From Paracoccaceae bacterium (GTDB lineage: Bacteria > Pseudomonadota > Alphaproteobacteria > Rhodobacterales > Rhodobacteraceae): a stretch of DNA of 64,000 bases. Position 1 is the stretch's first letter. Each line of letters opens with the position of its first letter. The position numbers were made by a program, and so were the translations under genes. A model generated the notes under the pieces. It was not told the DNA's origin. It was given only the letters and a program-made list of their open reading frames with translations, and did no database searches. Of the stretch, positions 10,476-19,500 are shown piece by piece. Location: positions 63,016 to 127,015 of the forward strand of contig JASDRS010000017.1 of assembly GCA_041441915.1 (NCBI GenBank). Direction: 5' to 3'.

Positions 10476-10504
10476 TTTATAAATAGAAGCGCCGCTCTGT
10501 TCAA
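10476..10504 (-). promoter_or_regulatory. candidate promoter for tRNA-Val
   Basis: On the minus strand: TTGAAC (10499..10504), a 17-nt spacer, then TATAAA (10476..10481). Confidence 0.35.
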
Positions 10505-10553
10505 GTGGTTTTGAATTTTTAAAAACATGCTATATTCTGTTCAAGGAGCAAGA

Positions 10554-11408
10554 ATGCGATTCCCACCGTTTCAGATCACGATGCCAAAATGGCAAAGCAC
10601 GCCGATAGTGTTCTCGTCGCCCCATAGCGGGCGCAATTATCCAACAGACTTTTTGCAAGCCAGTGTATTAGATAAAACGCTTATTCGCTCTTCTGAAGAT
10701 GCTTTCGTTGATGACTTGATTGCTTCGGCCCCCGACTGTGGAGCGCCTCTGATTTGTGCCACATTTCCCCGCGCATATCTTGATTTAAATCGCAACTCAG
10801 ACGAGCTTGACCCCGCGCTGATCGAAGGGGTGGCGTGCCACTTTCATAATCCACGCGTGGCCTCGGGGCTTGGAATTATTCCGCGTGTGGTAGCGCAGTC
10901 GCGAGCTATTCAGCGCGGAAAATTACCCCTTGCTGTGGCGCAAGAACGCATTGTGAAAGCTTGGCTCCCCTATCACATAGCCCTACGCGGCTTACTTGAT
11001 GTGACCCATTGGAACTTTGGCAAATCATTGCTTTTAGATTTTCATTCGATGCCTCAAAATGCTTTGCCCATTGCCCCCGATGGGCACCAAGTTGATATTG
11101 TATTAGGTGATCGGTTCGGCTGTGCAGCAGATGAGACCATAAGTGATTTTATTGCTGCATGCTTCGAACAAATGGGCCTAAAGGTGGCGCGTAATGAGCC
11201 CTTTTCGGGAGCCTATATTACAAAAACCTATGGTAAGCCTGCGCGCAACCAACATGCTGTCCAGATTGAGATCAACCGCGCTCTTTACATGGATGAGGTC
11301 AGCGTCACCCCAAAGGCTGATTTTGCTGCCTTTAGGCAACTTTTGGCCGACGTGATTTTGTTGCTCACCCAATTTGACCGTGACCAATTGCCTTTGGCAG
11401 GCGAATAG
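10554..11408 (+). CDS. N-formylglutamate amidohydrolase (FGase) family protein
   Basis: It carries the FGase-family motif SSPHSGRNYP and later DFHSMP. An AAGGAG RBS lies 5 nt upstream of the ATG at 10554. No other hut genes are nearby. Confidence 0.8.
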   Translation: MRFPPFQITMPKWQSTPIVFSSPHSGRNYPTDFLQASVLDKTLIRSSEDAFVDDLIASAPDCGAPLICATFPRAYLDLNRNSDELDPALIEGVACHFHNPRVASGLGIIPRVVAQSRAIQRGKLPLAVAQERIVKAWLPYHIALRGLLDVTHWNFGKSLLLDFHSMPQNALPIAPDGHQVDIVLGDRFGCAADETISDFIAACFEQMGLKVARNEPFSGAYITKTYGKPARNQHAVQIEINRALYMDEVSVTPKADFAAFRQLLADVILLLTQFDRDQLPLAGE

Positions 11409-11487
11409 CACAGGAATATTTTATATTGCTCTGATCAACCGCTCAGGCGCATGGTGCAATCTGCAACAGACTAACAGGATGGGTACA

Positions 11488-12495
11488 ATGAGGGTTTTTA
11501 TCAATGGATTTGGTCGAATTGGGAGGTCTGTTTTACGGGCTTGGGCGCAAAATCGCCAAGATCTAGATTCCACGCTTTGGCCCGATCTTGAAATTGTAGG
11601 CATCAATGATATAGCCACTGCGCAAATGTGCGCCTATTTGTTTGAATTTGATAGTGTATTTGGTCCTTGGCATGGCTCTGTGGCCCTTGACGACGGGGTC
11701 TTGGTGATCGATGGGCGCAATATACCACTTTATCAATGCGCTGATCTCTCGGCGCTCGATTTGGCAGGTGTGGATCTGGTGATGGAATGCACAGGCCGCG
11801 CCGATGCGCGCGCTGTTGCGAAACGCGGCCTTCTTGGCGGTGCGGTGCGCGTTCTGATTTCTGGTCCGTCAAATGCGGCGGATTTTACCGTGGTTTTGGG
11901 CGCGAATGAGTGTGGGCTTAAAGTGGCCTTGGGGGAGGGTGCAACGGTTGTATCAAATGCGTCTTGCACGACCAATGCCTTGGCACCTTTAGCGCGCCTT
12001 TTGGATGATGAATTTGGCATTAAAACGGGCTGGATGACGACTATTCACTGCTATACGGGCAGCCAACCTACGACGGATGCGCCCTCGGTTGATTATGGGC
12101 GCTCGCGTGCGGCGGCGTTGTCGATGGTACCCACGACCACAAGCGCTCAGCGGCTTTTGGATTGGGTTTTGCCTCAGCTTTCTGGTAGAATTCAAGGTGC
12201 GGCGGTGCGGGTGCCTGTGGCCAGTGTTTCGGCAGTGGATTTGGCAGTGATGCTTATGCGCCCTTGCGATGTAGCGGAGGTGAATGCTTTGCTGACAGCG
12301 CAAGGCGGCGTGATTGGCGTTACAGATAAGGCGCTTGTGTCATCAGATTTGCGCGCGCGGCCGGAAAGCGTTGTAATGGCATTGCCGGAAACCCGCATGA
12401 CTGCGGGAGGTATGCTTAGGGTCTTTGGCTGGTATGATAACGAATGGGGATTCTCCAATCGTATGCTGGATATCGCACTTTTGATGCGTACTTGA
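11488..12495 (+). CDS. glyceraldehyde-3-phosphate dehydrogenase family protein (divergent paralogue)
   Basis: It has the NGFGRIGR NAD-binding motif, the catalytic SNASCTTNALAP and WYDNEWGFSNR. The start is moved to MRVFINGFGRIGR, which has an AGGA RBS. Confidence 0.85.
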   Translation: MRVFINGFGRIGRSVLRAWAQNRQDLDSTLWPDLEIVGINDIATAQMCAYLFEFDSVFGPWHGSVALDDGVLVIDGRNIPLYQCADLSALDLAGVDLVMECTGRADARAVAKRGLLGGAVRVLISGPSNAADFTVVLGANECGLKVALGEGATVVSNASCTTNALAPLARLLDDEFGIKTGWMTTIHCYTGSQPTTDAPSVDYGRSRAAALSMVPTTTSAQRLLDWVLPQLSGRIQGAAVRVPVASVSAVDLAVMLMRPCDVAEVNALLTAQGGVIGVTDKALVSSDLRARPESVVMALPETRMTAGGMLRVFGWYDNEWGFSNRMLDIALLMRT

Positions 12496-12497
12496 AC

Positions 12498-12523
12498 AAA
12501 GGCCCCCAAAGTGGGAGCCTTTG
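12498..12523. terminator. bidirectional hairpin between convergent genes
   Basis: AAAGGCCCCC-AAAG-TGGGAGCCTTT lies between the GAPDH-like stop and the permease stop. Confidence 0.5.
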
Positions 12524-12537
12524 AAAGGGTGACCTGC

Positions 12538-13902
12538 TCAGTCAGCCAAATTTTCTGGCAAAATCATATTCAACACGATCGAGATAACGGCTGCAGGCAA
12601 CAGACCTGATGTCAGGAGAATGTGCATCGTTTTGCCCACATGCTGCAAAGCAGATGGTTCAAGCTGCAGGCCAAAGCTGACCGATAGAGCCGTAGCAAAA
12701 ATCACCATATTTCGGCGGTTCCAATTCACAGTTGAAAGCATGCTCACACCAGATGCGCAAACCATACCAAACATCACAATTACTCCACCGCCAAGCACGT
12801 TGATTGGAACCGTATTAATTATGGCACCAATTTTTGGGATAAATCCACAGAAAATCAAGAAGATGGCACCAATGGTCACGACATGACGGCTCATAACGCC
12901 GGTCATGGCCACTAGGCCAACATTTTGGCTGAACGTCGTATTTGGTAGGCCGCCAAAAATGCCTGCAACCGCTGAACCCAAACCATCGGCAAAGGTCGCG
13001 CCTGAGATTTCTGTGTCGGTTGCTTCGCGGCCGGCTCCCCCGCGAGTGATACCCGATGTGTCACCTACGGTTTCAATAGCAGACACCACAGCCATGAAAC
13101 ACATGCCGATGATTATAGCGATGTTGAAATCAAAACCCCATTTGAAAATTATTGGCAAAGCGAAGACCGACGCACGCCCAACACCGCCAAAGCTAACTTG
13201 GCCCATCAGATATGCCACAATATAGCCAGCGATAATGCCGATTAAAACAGCGGCAACGGCCATGAAGCCACGCATGAAGAATTTTACGGCCAAAGTAACA
13301 ACCACCACCACCAGTGCCGGGGTCCACATTGCCAAGGATCCGAATACAGGCTTGCCCATATTTGGCACGCCGCCTGCAGCATATTGGATCCCAACTTTTA
13401 CAAGCGCCAGGCCAATCATCAAAACAATCAGGCCTGTGACCAAAGGCGGCAAAGCGTAACGAATGCGACCCACGATAAACCCTAGGAGAAAGTGAAAAAT
13501 TCCGCCAAAAAGCACACCGGTCATTAGGCCAGCAAGCCCTGCAGTGCCCAGCCCTGCGACAGCGGGGATCATGATGGGAACAAAGGCAAAGGACGTGCCT
13601 TGCACAATTGGCAACCGCGCGCCCACGGGGCCCATGCCAATGGTCTGCAACAATGTTGCAATGCCGGCAAACAACATCGACATTTGGATCATGTAGTTCA
13701 TGTCAGGAAAGCCCAAAGCGCCCTGATCTGAACCAAAGCCAATGCCTGCAGCACCAGCAACAATAATGGCGGGGGTTACGTTGGACACGAACATTGCTAA
13801 AACATGCTGAATCCCCAAGGGTACAGCCTTTGACATGGGCGGCATATAATTAGGATTTTTAAGTTGTTCGGCGGTGCCAAAAGATGTATTGACCATTTCC
13901 AT
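12538..13902 (-). CDS. NCS2-family nucleobase:cation symporter (xanthine/uric acid permease type)
   Basis: 454 aa polytopic protein resembling NCS2 permeases. It is the last gene of the ureide catabolic operon. Confidence 0.85.
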   Translation of the reverse strand: MEMVNTSFGTAEQLKNPNYMPPMSKAVPLGIQHVLAMFVSNVTPAIIVAGAAGIGFGSDQGALGFPDMNYMIQMSMLFAGIATLLQTIGMGPVGARLPIVQGTSFAFVPIMIPAVAGLGTAGLAGLMTGVLFGGIFHFLLGFIVGRIRYALPPLVTGLIVLMIGLALVKVGIQYAAGGVPNMGKPVFGSLAMWTPALVVVVVTLAVKFFMRGFMAVAAVLIGIIAGYIVAYLMGQVSFGGVGRASVFALPIIFKWGFDFNIAIIIGMCFMAVVSAIETVGDTSGITRGGAGREATDTEISGATFADGLGSAVAGIFGGLPNTTFSQNVGLVAMTGVMSRHVVTIGAIFLIFCGFIPKIGAIINTVPINVLGGGVIVMFGMVCASGVSMLSTVNWNRRNMVIFATALSVSFGLQLEPSALQHVGKTMHILLTSGLLPAAVISIVLNMILPENLAD

Positions 13903-13950
13903 TCCTTACTCTTGAGCGATCTACTTTGATCTTTTAATGCCCATTTGGGC

Positions 13951-14439
13951 TCAATATGGCATGACGTTAAAAGGTACGTCATACCAAAATTCTTCTAGAT
14001 TTTTACCTTGGCCAATGCGATCAACCACGGCGAAAAGGCCGGGGTCGGCCAGGGGCGTCAGAACCCCATGCCAGATATTAGCGCCAATATTCACTGCCTG
14101 TGCTCCATTTGTGACAAAGGCCAAAGGCGTGTCTGGCTGGCCCTGATTATCGGGAGCTACAATAACCAAGAAGGGATTTTGGTGCATGGGGATAAAGGCT
14201 TGAGACCCCAACGGGTGACGTTCAAGCATATCAACCACATGGGGTAGGCTGAACGACTGTGACATAAAGATCGAAACACCCATGCGGCCCTGATCATCAG
14301 CGCGTAAAATTGCGCGGTCATGATAGCGCTTGCACAGCGCCTTGTTGATCAATTTATCAGGATCGCCCAATACCTCGAGCACATCGCCATAAGGGGCGAA
14401 TGCGGCTTGGCTAAGGGCAGATACTTGCAATGGTGGCAT
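13951..14439 (-). CDS. allA: ureidoglycolate lyase
   Basis: 162 aa resembling AllA-family proteins (FAPYGDV..., HPLGSQAFIP). It abuts the allE-like gene with a 0-nt gap. Confidence 0.85.
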   Translation of the reverse strand: MPPLQVSALSQAAFAPYGDVLEVLGDPDKLINKALCKRYHDRAILRADDQGRMGVSIFMSQSFSLPHVVDMLERHPLGSQAFIPMHQNPFLVIVAPDNQGQPDTPLAFVTNGAQAVNIGANIWHGVLTPLADPGLFAVVDRIGQGKNLEEFWYDVPFNVMPY

Positions 14440-15297
14440 TCAATTACCCATGACTGCGTGGCCAAAGCCACCTAATGCGCCCAGTTTTGCATGACGATTA
14501 ACATCTTTGTAAAGCAAATATCGAAAAGGGCCGGGCCCCGCCGCATAACAAGCCTGCGGGCAATAGGCGCGCAGCCACATGAAGTCGCCAGCCTCTACCT
14601 CGAGCCAGTCTTTGTTCAGCTTATAAACAGCTTTGCCTTCCAGCACATAAAGCCCATGCTCCATTACATGGGTTTCTTCAAATGGGATGCTCCCTCCTGG
14701 CTGAAAAGTGACGATATTTACATGCATATCATGCGAAAGATCGGCAGGATCAATGAAACGCGTTGTGGCCCAGACTCCGTCAGTATTGGGCATTGGAGTG
14801 GGAGCTATCAAGCTGTCTGACGTAATGAGGGGTTGCGGCGGCGCAATGCCGTCGACGGCCTCATAAAGCTTCCGTATCCAGTGAAATCTGAGCGGCGTGT
14901 CGGCATGGTTATGTACTGCCCAGTCGCTACCCGCTGGAAGATAGGCATAACCCCCCGAGGTTAACTGGTGGGTTTGCCCTGCAAGTGTCAAGCACATATC
15001 ACCCTGCGTGACAAATAACACCGATTGCACACCAAGTTGCATTTCGGGCCTATTTGAGCCGCCACTTGGTGCAACCTCCATCACATATTGGCTAAACGTT
15101 TCGCTAAAACCAGTCATTGGGCGGGCGATCAGCCAAAGCTTGGTACCCAGCCAATGTGGCAGGGCGCTGGTCACAATGTCTGAAAAAACCCCACGTGGAA
15201 TAAAGGCATAGGCATCTGTAAAAACGGCTCGGCCTGTCATTAGTTGCGTTTGAGGTGGCAGGCCGCCAAGGGGCGCAAAATATTTAGTATTTGTCAC
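14440..15297 (-). CDS. bicupin (S)-ureidoglycine aminohydrolase family protein
   Basis: 285 aa with two cupin halves. Its N-terminus is YlbA/AllE-like (TGRAVFTDAYAFIPRGV). It sits inside the ureide operon. Confidence 0.8.
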   Translation of the reverse strand: MTNTKYFAPLGGLPPQTQLMTGRAVFTDAYAFIPRGVFSDIVTSALPHWLGTKLWLIARPMTGFSETFSQYVMEVAPSGGSNRPEMQLGVQSVLFVTQGDMCLTLAGQTHQLTSGGYAYLPAGSDWAVHNHADTPLRFHWIRKLYEAVDGIAPPQPLITSDSLIAPTPMPNTDGVWATTRFIDPADLSHDMHVNIVTFQPGGSIPFEETHVMEHGLYVLEGKAVYKLNKDWLEVEAGDFMWLRAYCPQACYAAGPGPFRYLLYKDVNRHAKLGALGGFGHAVMGN

Positions 15298-16730
15298 GGC
15301 AATAATTCCTTAAGGCGCAAAAGTGCGATGCGTTCCACCTGCCCACAGGCGGTGGCAAATTCAGTGTCAGAGCCATTGTTAATTCGGGTTTCAAAAGCCT
15401 GTAAAATCGAGGCTTTCGTGTTGTCCCGAACTGCAATTATAAAGGGGAAGCCATGTGTTTCGACATAGGCACGATTCAAGTCCATAAAGTGGACGCGCTC
15501 CGCGTCAGTTAGGGCATCAAGCGCTGCGCTGGCTTGTTCTTTTGTTGAATGTTCGGTCAGCTGTTTTGCTGCCGCTAATTTGCCTGCTAAGTCTGGGTGC
15601 GCTTGTAAAACGCCCAAACGGTCAGCGTAAGAAGCGGTGCGGAACACCCGGGCCAAAGCATTATGCAGGCCTATAGCGCTGTCATGTGCCGGGCCAAGTT
15701 CAAGCGCAAATGCTCGCTCAGCAATCCAGGAAGAGTGTTCAAAAATGCCTCCAAATCGAGCCATAAAAGTGGCGCGCTCTAACTGATGCGGGCGTTCATA
15801 GCGGCAGTGCGGGTGGGTGGCAGCCCAGTGGCGGGCAATGTCTATGCGTTTGGCAAACCACACGTCACTATGCGACTGGGCATAATCTAAAAACCGCATG
15901 AGGCCAGCAATTTTACCTGGCCGGCCTATCAACCGGCAATGTAGACCAATCGAAAACATCTTGGCTGCGCCGGCCTGACCTTCGGCATAAAGCACGTCAA
16001 AACTGTCTTTTAAATATTGAAAAAACTGCTCACCCTCGATATAACCAGGCGCTGTAGCGAAGCGCATATCGTTGGCTTCAAGCGTATAGGGAATCACCAA
16101 TTGATCACGCAGTCCAACTTCGCGCCAGTAGGGCAGGTCATCGTCATATGTGTCCGATATCCATTCAAGCTGGCCGCTTTCCGCAGTCAGTCGTACGGTA
16201 TTTTCTGAACAACGGCCTGTGTACCAACCCAACGCGGGTTCGCCCACAACTTCGTAATGCAAAGCCAGGGCTTGGGCAATCTGAGTGGCTTCGGTTGCCA
16301 GGTCCATGTCGCGGTGATCAACCCATTTGAGGCCATGCGAAGCGATTTCCCACTGGGCTGCCTTCATAGCTTCTACTTGCTCTGGGTTGCGAGCAAGAGC
16401 GGTGGCCACGCCATACACCGTTATGGGAATAGATCTTTCGGTAAACAGACGGTGCAAACGCCAAAAACCTGCGCGCGCCCCGTAGTCGTAAAGTGATTCC
16501 ATGTTCCAATGCCGCTTACCTGTCCAAGGTGTGGCGCCTGCGATGTCAGACAAGAACGCCTCAGATCCCGCATCACCGTGCAAAATGTTGTTTTCGCCAC
16601 CCTCTTCGTAATTAACAACAAGAGAGATCGCTATTTTTGCCCTATTGGGCCACTTTGCGTCAGGGGGATTAGCCCCATATCCGTGAAAGTCGCGTGGATA
16701 GCGTAGCATTAAAATCTCCCTAATTCGCAT
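15294..16730 (-). CDS. fusion protein: PuuE-type allantoinase (polysaccharide deacetylase fold) + OHCU decarboxylase
   Basis: The N-terminal ~310 aa are PuuE-like (YPRDFHGYG..NYEEGGE..). The C-terminal ~160 aa are UraD-like (FGGIFEHSSWIAERA..AHPDLAGK..GFPFII). The start may instead be the internal Met at 16709. Confidence 0.85.
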   Translation of the reverse strand: MRIREILMLRYPRDFHGYGANPPDAKWPNRAKIAISLVVNYEEGGENNILHGDAGSEAFLSDIAGATPWTGKRHWNMESLYDYGARAGFWRLHRLFTERSIPITVYGVATALARNPEQVEAMKAAQWEIASHGLKWVDHRDMDLATEATQIAQALALHYEVVGEPALGWYTGRCSENTVRLTAESGQLEWISDTYDDDLPYWREVGLRDQLVIPYTLEANDMRFATAPGYIEGEQFFQYLKDSFDVLYAEGQAGAAKMFSIGLHCRLIGRPGKIAGLMRFLDYAQSHSDVWFAKRIDIARHWAATHPHCRYERPHQLERATFMARFGGIFEHSSWIAERAFALELGPAHDSAIGLHNALARVFRTASYADRLGVLQAHPDLAGKLAAAKQLTEHSTKEQASAALDALTDAERVHFMDLNRAYVETHGFPFIIAVRDNTKASILQAFETRINNGSDTEFATACGQVERIALLRLKELLP

Positions 16731-16845
16731 TTAGTTTAAGCGGAATAATGTTAAATACTTTCAAATAAACCAAGAAAGTGTTTACAAAAAAACTAAGAGA
16801 CATTTTGGATGGATTTGACTAAAATACAAGAAAATTGGAGTCAAA

Positions 16846-17205
16846 ATGAGCAATGGCCGTTTAACCACTCATATTTTAGATACGGCGCGCGGAAAACCTG
16901 CCGCAAATGTTGCTATTCGTCTCTTCGGCCTTTTGGGCGGTCACCGCCATCTTGCTGCTCAAACCATCACCAATAGTGACGGGCGCACAGATGCCCCTAT
17001 GGCCCATGGTTCCGGCCTTATTGTTGGGGTGTATGAACTTGAATTTGACGCAGGCGATTATCTGCGCGCTACGGAGCAAATTGAAGTGGGCCCGTCGTTT
17101 CTAGACGTGGTAGTTCTGCGCTTTGGCGTGACGGATGCGGATCAGCATTATCATGTTCCACTTTTGCTTTCACCCTTTGCCTATTCGACCTATCGCGGCA
17201 GCTAA
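16846..17205 (+). CDS. uraH: 5-hydroxyisourate hydrolase (transthyretin-like)
   Basis: 119 aa. It has an HILDTARGKPA N-terminus and the diagnostic C-terminal YSTYRGS. Confidence 0.9.
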   Translation: MSNGRLTTHILDTARGKPAANVAIRLFGLLGGHRHLAAQTITNSDGRTDAPMAHGSGLIVGVYELEFDAGDYLRATEQIEVGPSFLDVVVLRFGVTDADQHYHVPLLLSPFAYSTYRGS

Positions 17206-18137
17206 AGCAGTTCCGGGGCAAGACCTTCAAGCTGTATTGCCATATCTGCGCGGCACCGCCCGATGATAAAATCGACAAAAGACTTGATCTTAGGTTCATC
17301 AAAGCCTCGGTGATGGCTTAGGCAAGTTAAGGGTACAGGCATGGGGGGTGTTGCACGTGCCACTGGTACCAATGCGCCGCTTCGCAAATGCTCAGCCACT
17401 TCAAAAATTGGCTTAATCACGATGCCATGTCCTGACAGAGCCCAAGCGGTCAACACGTCGCCGTCATCAGATTCAAAGGGCCCCGAGATTTCATAGCGGC
17501 GGAGACCCTGTGGTGTTTGTAGCGCCCATTGAAACTCTTTTGCGCCTGGAAAACGGAGGTTTAGGCAATCGTGTTTTTGCGCTAAAAGCGCTTCACCGTC
17601 GTAGGGCATGCCGCGCGCAGAAATATAGGTGGGAGCAGCGCATAGTAAGCGCTTACAATTGGCAACTGGGCGCATTCTAAGGGTGCTATCGGTCAAGTTC
17701 CCTAAGTGAAAGGTTAGATCAAGGCCTTCGGCCATCAGGTCAATGACCCTATCCGAAAGGCGCAGCCGCAAATCAATCTGTGGATATTCTGCTTTAAAGT
17801 CGGGTATGTGTGGTGCGATAAAGCGCCGACCGATGCCCAAAGGCGCACCAACATAAATAGATCCGCGCGGGCTGTTAGTCCCAACGGTGAGGGAGGATTC
17901 TGCCTGCTCGATAGCGATTACTATCTTTCCTGCACCCTCATAAAACAAGCGCCCATGTTCAGTTGGGTTCAAGCTGCGCGTTGTTCGATTAAAAAGCCGG
18001 GCACCCAAATGGCGCTCAAGTTCGGCCAAGCGTGCTGAGGCTACAGCCGGTGAAATGCGTTGATCGCGGGCCGCTGCCGACATATTGCCTAGCTCGTAAA
18101 TGCGCATAAACATCTTTATTGTGTTCACATAAGACAT
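17202..18137 (-). CDS. LysR-family transcriptional regulator
   Basis: It has an N-terminal wHTH (FMRIYELGNMSAAARDQRISPAVASARLAELE) plus a LysR substrate-binding domain. It is divergent from puuD. Confidence 0.85.
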   Translation of the reverse strand: MSYVNTIKMFMRIYELGNMSAAARDQRISPAVASARLAELERHLGARLFNRTTRSLNPTEHGRLFYEGAGKIVIAIEQAESSLTVGTNSPRGSIYVGAPLGIGRRFIAPHIPDFKAEYPQIDLRLRLSDRVIDLMAEGLDLTFHLGNLTDSTLRMRPVANCKRLLCAAPTYISARGMPYDGEALLAQKHDCLNLRFPGAKEFQWALQTPQGLRRYEISGPFESDDGDVLTAWALSGHGIVIKPIFEVAEHLRSGALVPVARATPPMPVPLTCLSHHRGFDEPKIKSFVDFIIGRCRADMAIQLEGLAPELL

Positions 18138-18270
18138 GGCGCCATTCTTCGTAAAATTTTGAAAGTGATCTGTGATTTGATTGAATAACAGAAAGACGCT
18201 TTGTGGTATAGCTTGTTGCTAAAATGCCATTATAGAAGACGGACCCACGAGGTGCAGCCTAGGAGGCAAG

Positions 18271-19500
18271 ATGAATGATTGGATTATATTGTGGGAATGG
18301 CTCGGGATCGCGACGCGTTGGGCTCATGTCATAACTGCAATTGCTTGGATAGGCTCTTCCTTTTATTTTATCGCGCTTGATCTTGGTTTGCGAAAAACGC
18401 CAAGCCTGCCACCGCTTGCCCATGGCGAAGAATGGCAAGTGCATGGTGGCGGTTTTTACCATGTGCAAAAATATTTGGTCGCACCTGATATGATGCCCGA
18501 ACATTTGACTTGGTTTAAGTGGGAAAGCTACGCCACTTGGCTTTCGGGATTTGCGATGCTGGTCTTGGTTTACTATGTGGGTGCTGAATTTTACTTGATC
18601 GACCCTGAGGTTTTGGAACTTGAAACATGGCAAGCGGTAACCATTTCAGTCGGCTCCTTGGCTTTTGGGTGGCTGCTTTACGACTTGATCTGCAAAAGTC
18701 GCTTTGGCGATGATAATCGTCGCTTGATGCTGGGGCTTTATTTAATCTTGGTGGCCATGTCTTGGGCCTATACACAAGTCTTTTCTGGCCGCGCAGCACT
18801 GCTGCACTTAGGCGCCTTTACCGCGACTATCATGTCGGCCAATGTATTTATGATCATCATGCCCAATCAGCGCATTGTGGTGGCTGACTTAAAAGCGGGC
18901 CACAAGCCTGATGCAAAATATGGCAAGATAGCCAAGCAAAGGTCTACCCACAATAATTACCTGACCCTGCCCGTACTGTTTTTGATGCTATCAAACCATT
19001 ACCCATTGGTTTTCGCCACGAAATATAATTGGATAATTGCGTCTTTGGTATTTCTGATGGGGGTAACCATTCGCCATTGGTTCAACACCAAACATGCACG
19101 TAAAGGTTCTCCACATTGGACATGGGCTGCCACGGTGATTTTGTTTTTGATTATCGCGTGGCTTTCGACCGCGCCCATGCAGCTGCGCACGGCAGAGGCC
19201 GAGCTTAATGGCCAAGCGCAGCGTTTTACACAGGCGAAGGGTTTTGATGAGGTAACGGATATTGTGATTGGCCGCTGCTCTATGTGTCACGCAGCCGAGC
19301 CGAGTTATGAAGGTGTGCATTGGCCCCCAAAAGGCGTGGTTTTAGAAACACCTGTCCAAATAGCGCAAGAGGCGCGCCGCATCTATCTGCAGTCAGGTCT
19401 AAGCTATGCGATGCCACCAGCTAATTTGTCTTACATGGAAGACGGCGAAAGGCGCGCGATTGTGGCATGGTTTCAGGCCGCGCAGAACGGGGACAGCTAG
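18271..19500 (+). CDS. puuD: membrane-bound cytochrome c urate oxidase (PuuD type)
   Basis: 409 aa with a multi-TM N-terminal domain and a C-terminal CSMCH haem c motif. It lies in a urate catabolic context. Confidence 0.85.
   Translation: MNDWIILWEWLGIATRWAHVITAIAWIGSSFYFIALDLGLRKTPSLPPLAHGEEWQVHGGGFYHVQKYLVAPDMMPEHLTWFKWESYATWLSGFAMLVLVYYVGAEFYLIDPEVLELETWQAVTISVGSLAFGWLLYDLICKSRFGDDNRRLMLGLYLILVAMSWAYTQVFSGRAALLHLGAFTATIMSANVFMIIMPNQRIVVADLKAGHKPDAKYGKIAKQRSTHNNYLTLPVLFLMLSNHYPLVFATKYNWIIASLVFLMGVTIRHWFNTKHARKGSPHWTWAATVILFLIIAWLSTAPMQLRTAEAELNGQAQRFTQAKGFDEVTDIVIGRCSMCHAAEPSYEGVHWPPKGVVLETPVQIAQEARRIYLQSGLSYAMPPANLSYMEDGERRAIVAWFQAAQNGDS

Noticed and set aside
10276-10553. tRNA-Val as an integration site for a genomic island
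   Set aside because: No integrase, no duplicated tRNA 3' end and no foreign-looking genes lie on either side. The adjacent pseudogene is a decayed housekeeping-type gene.
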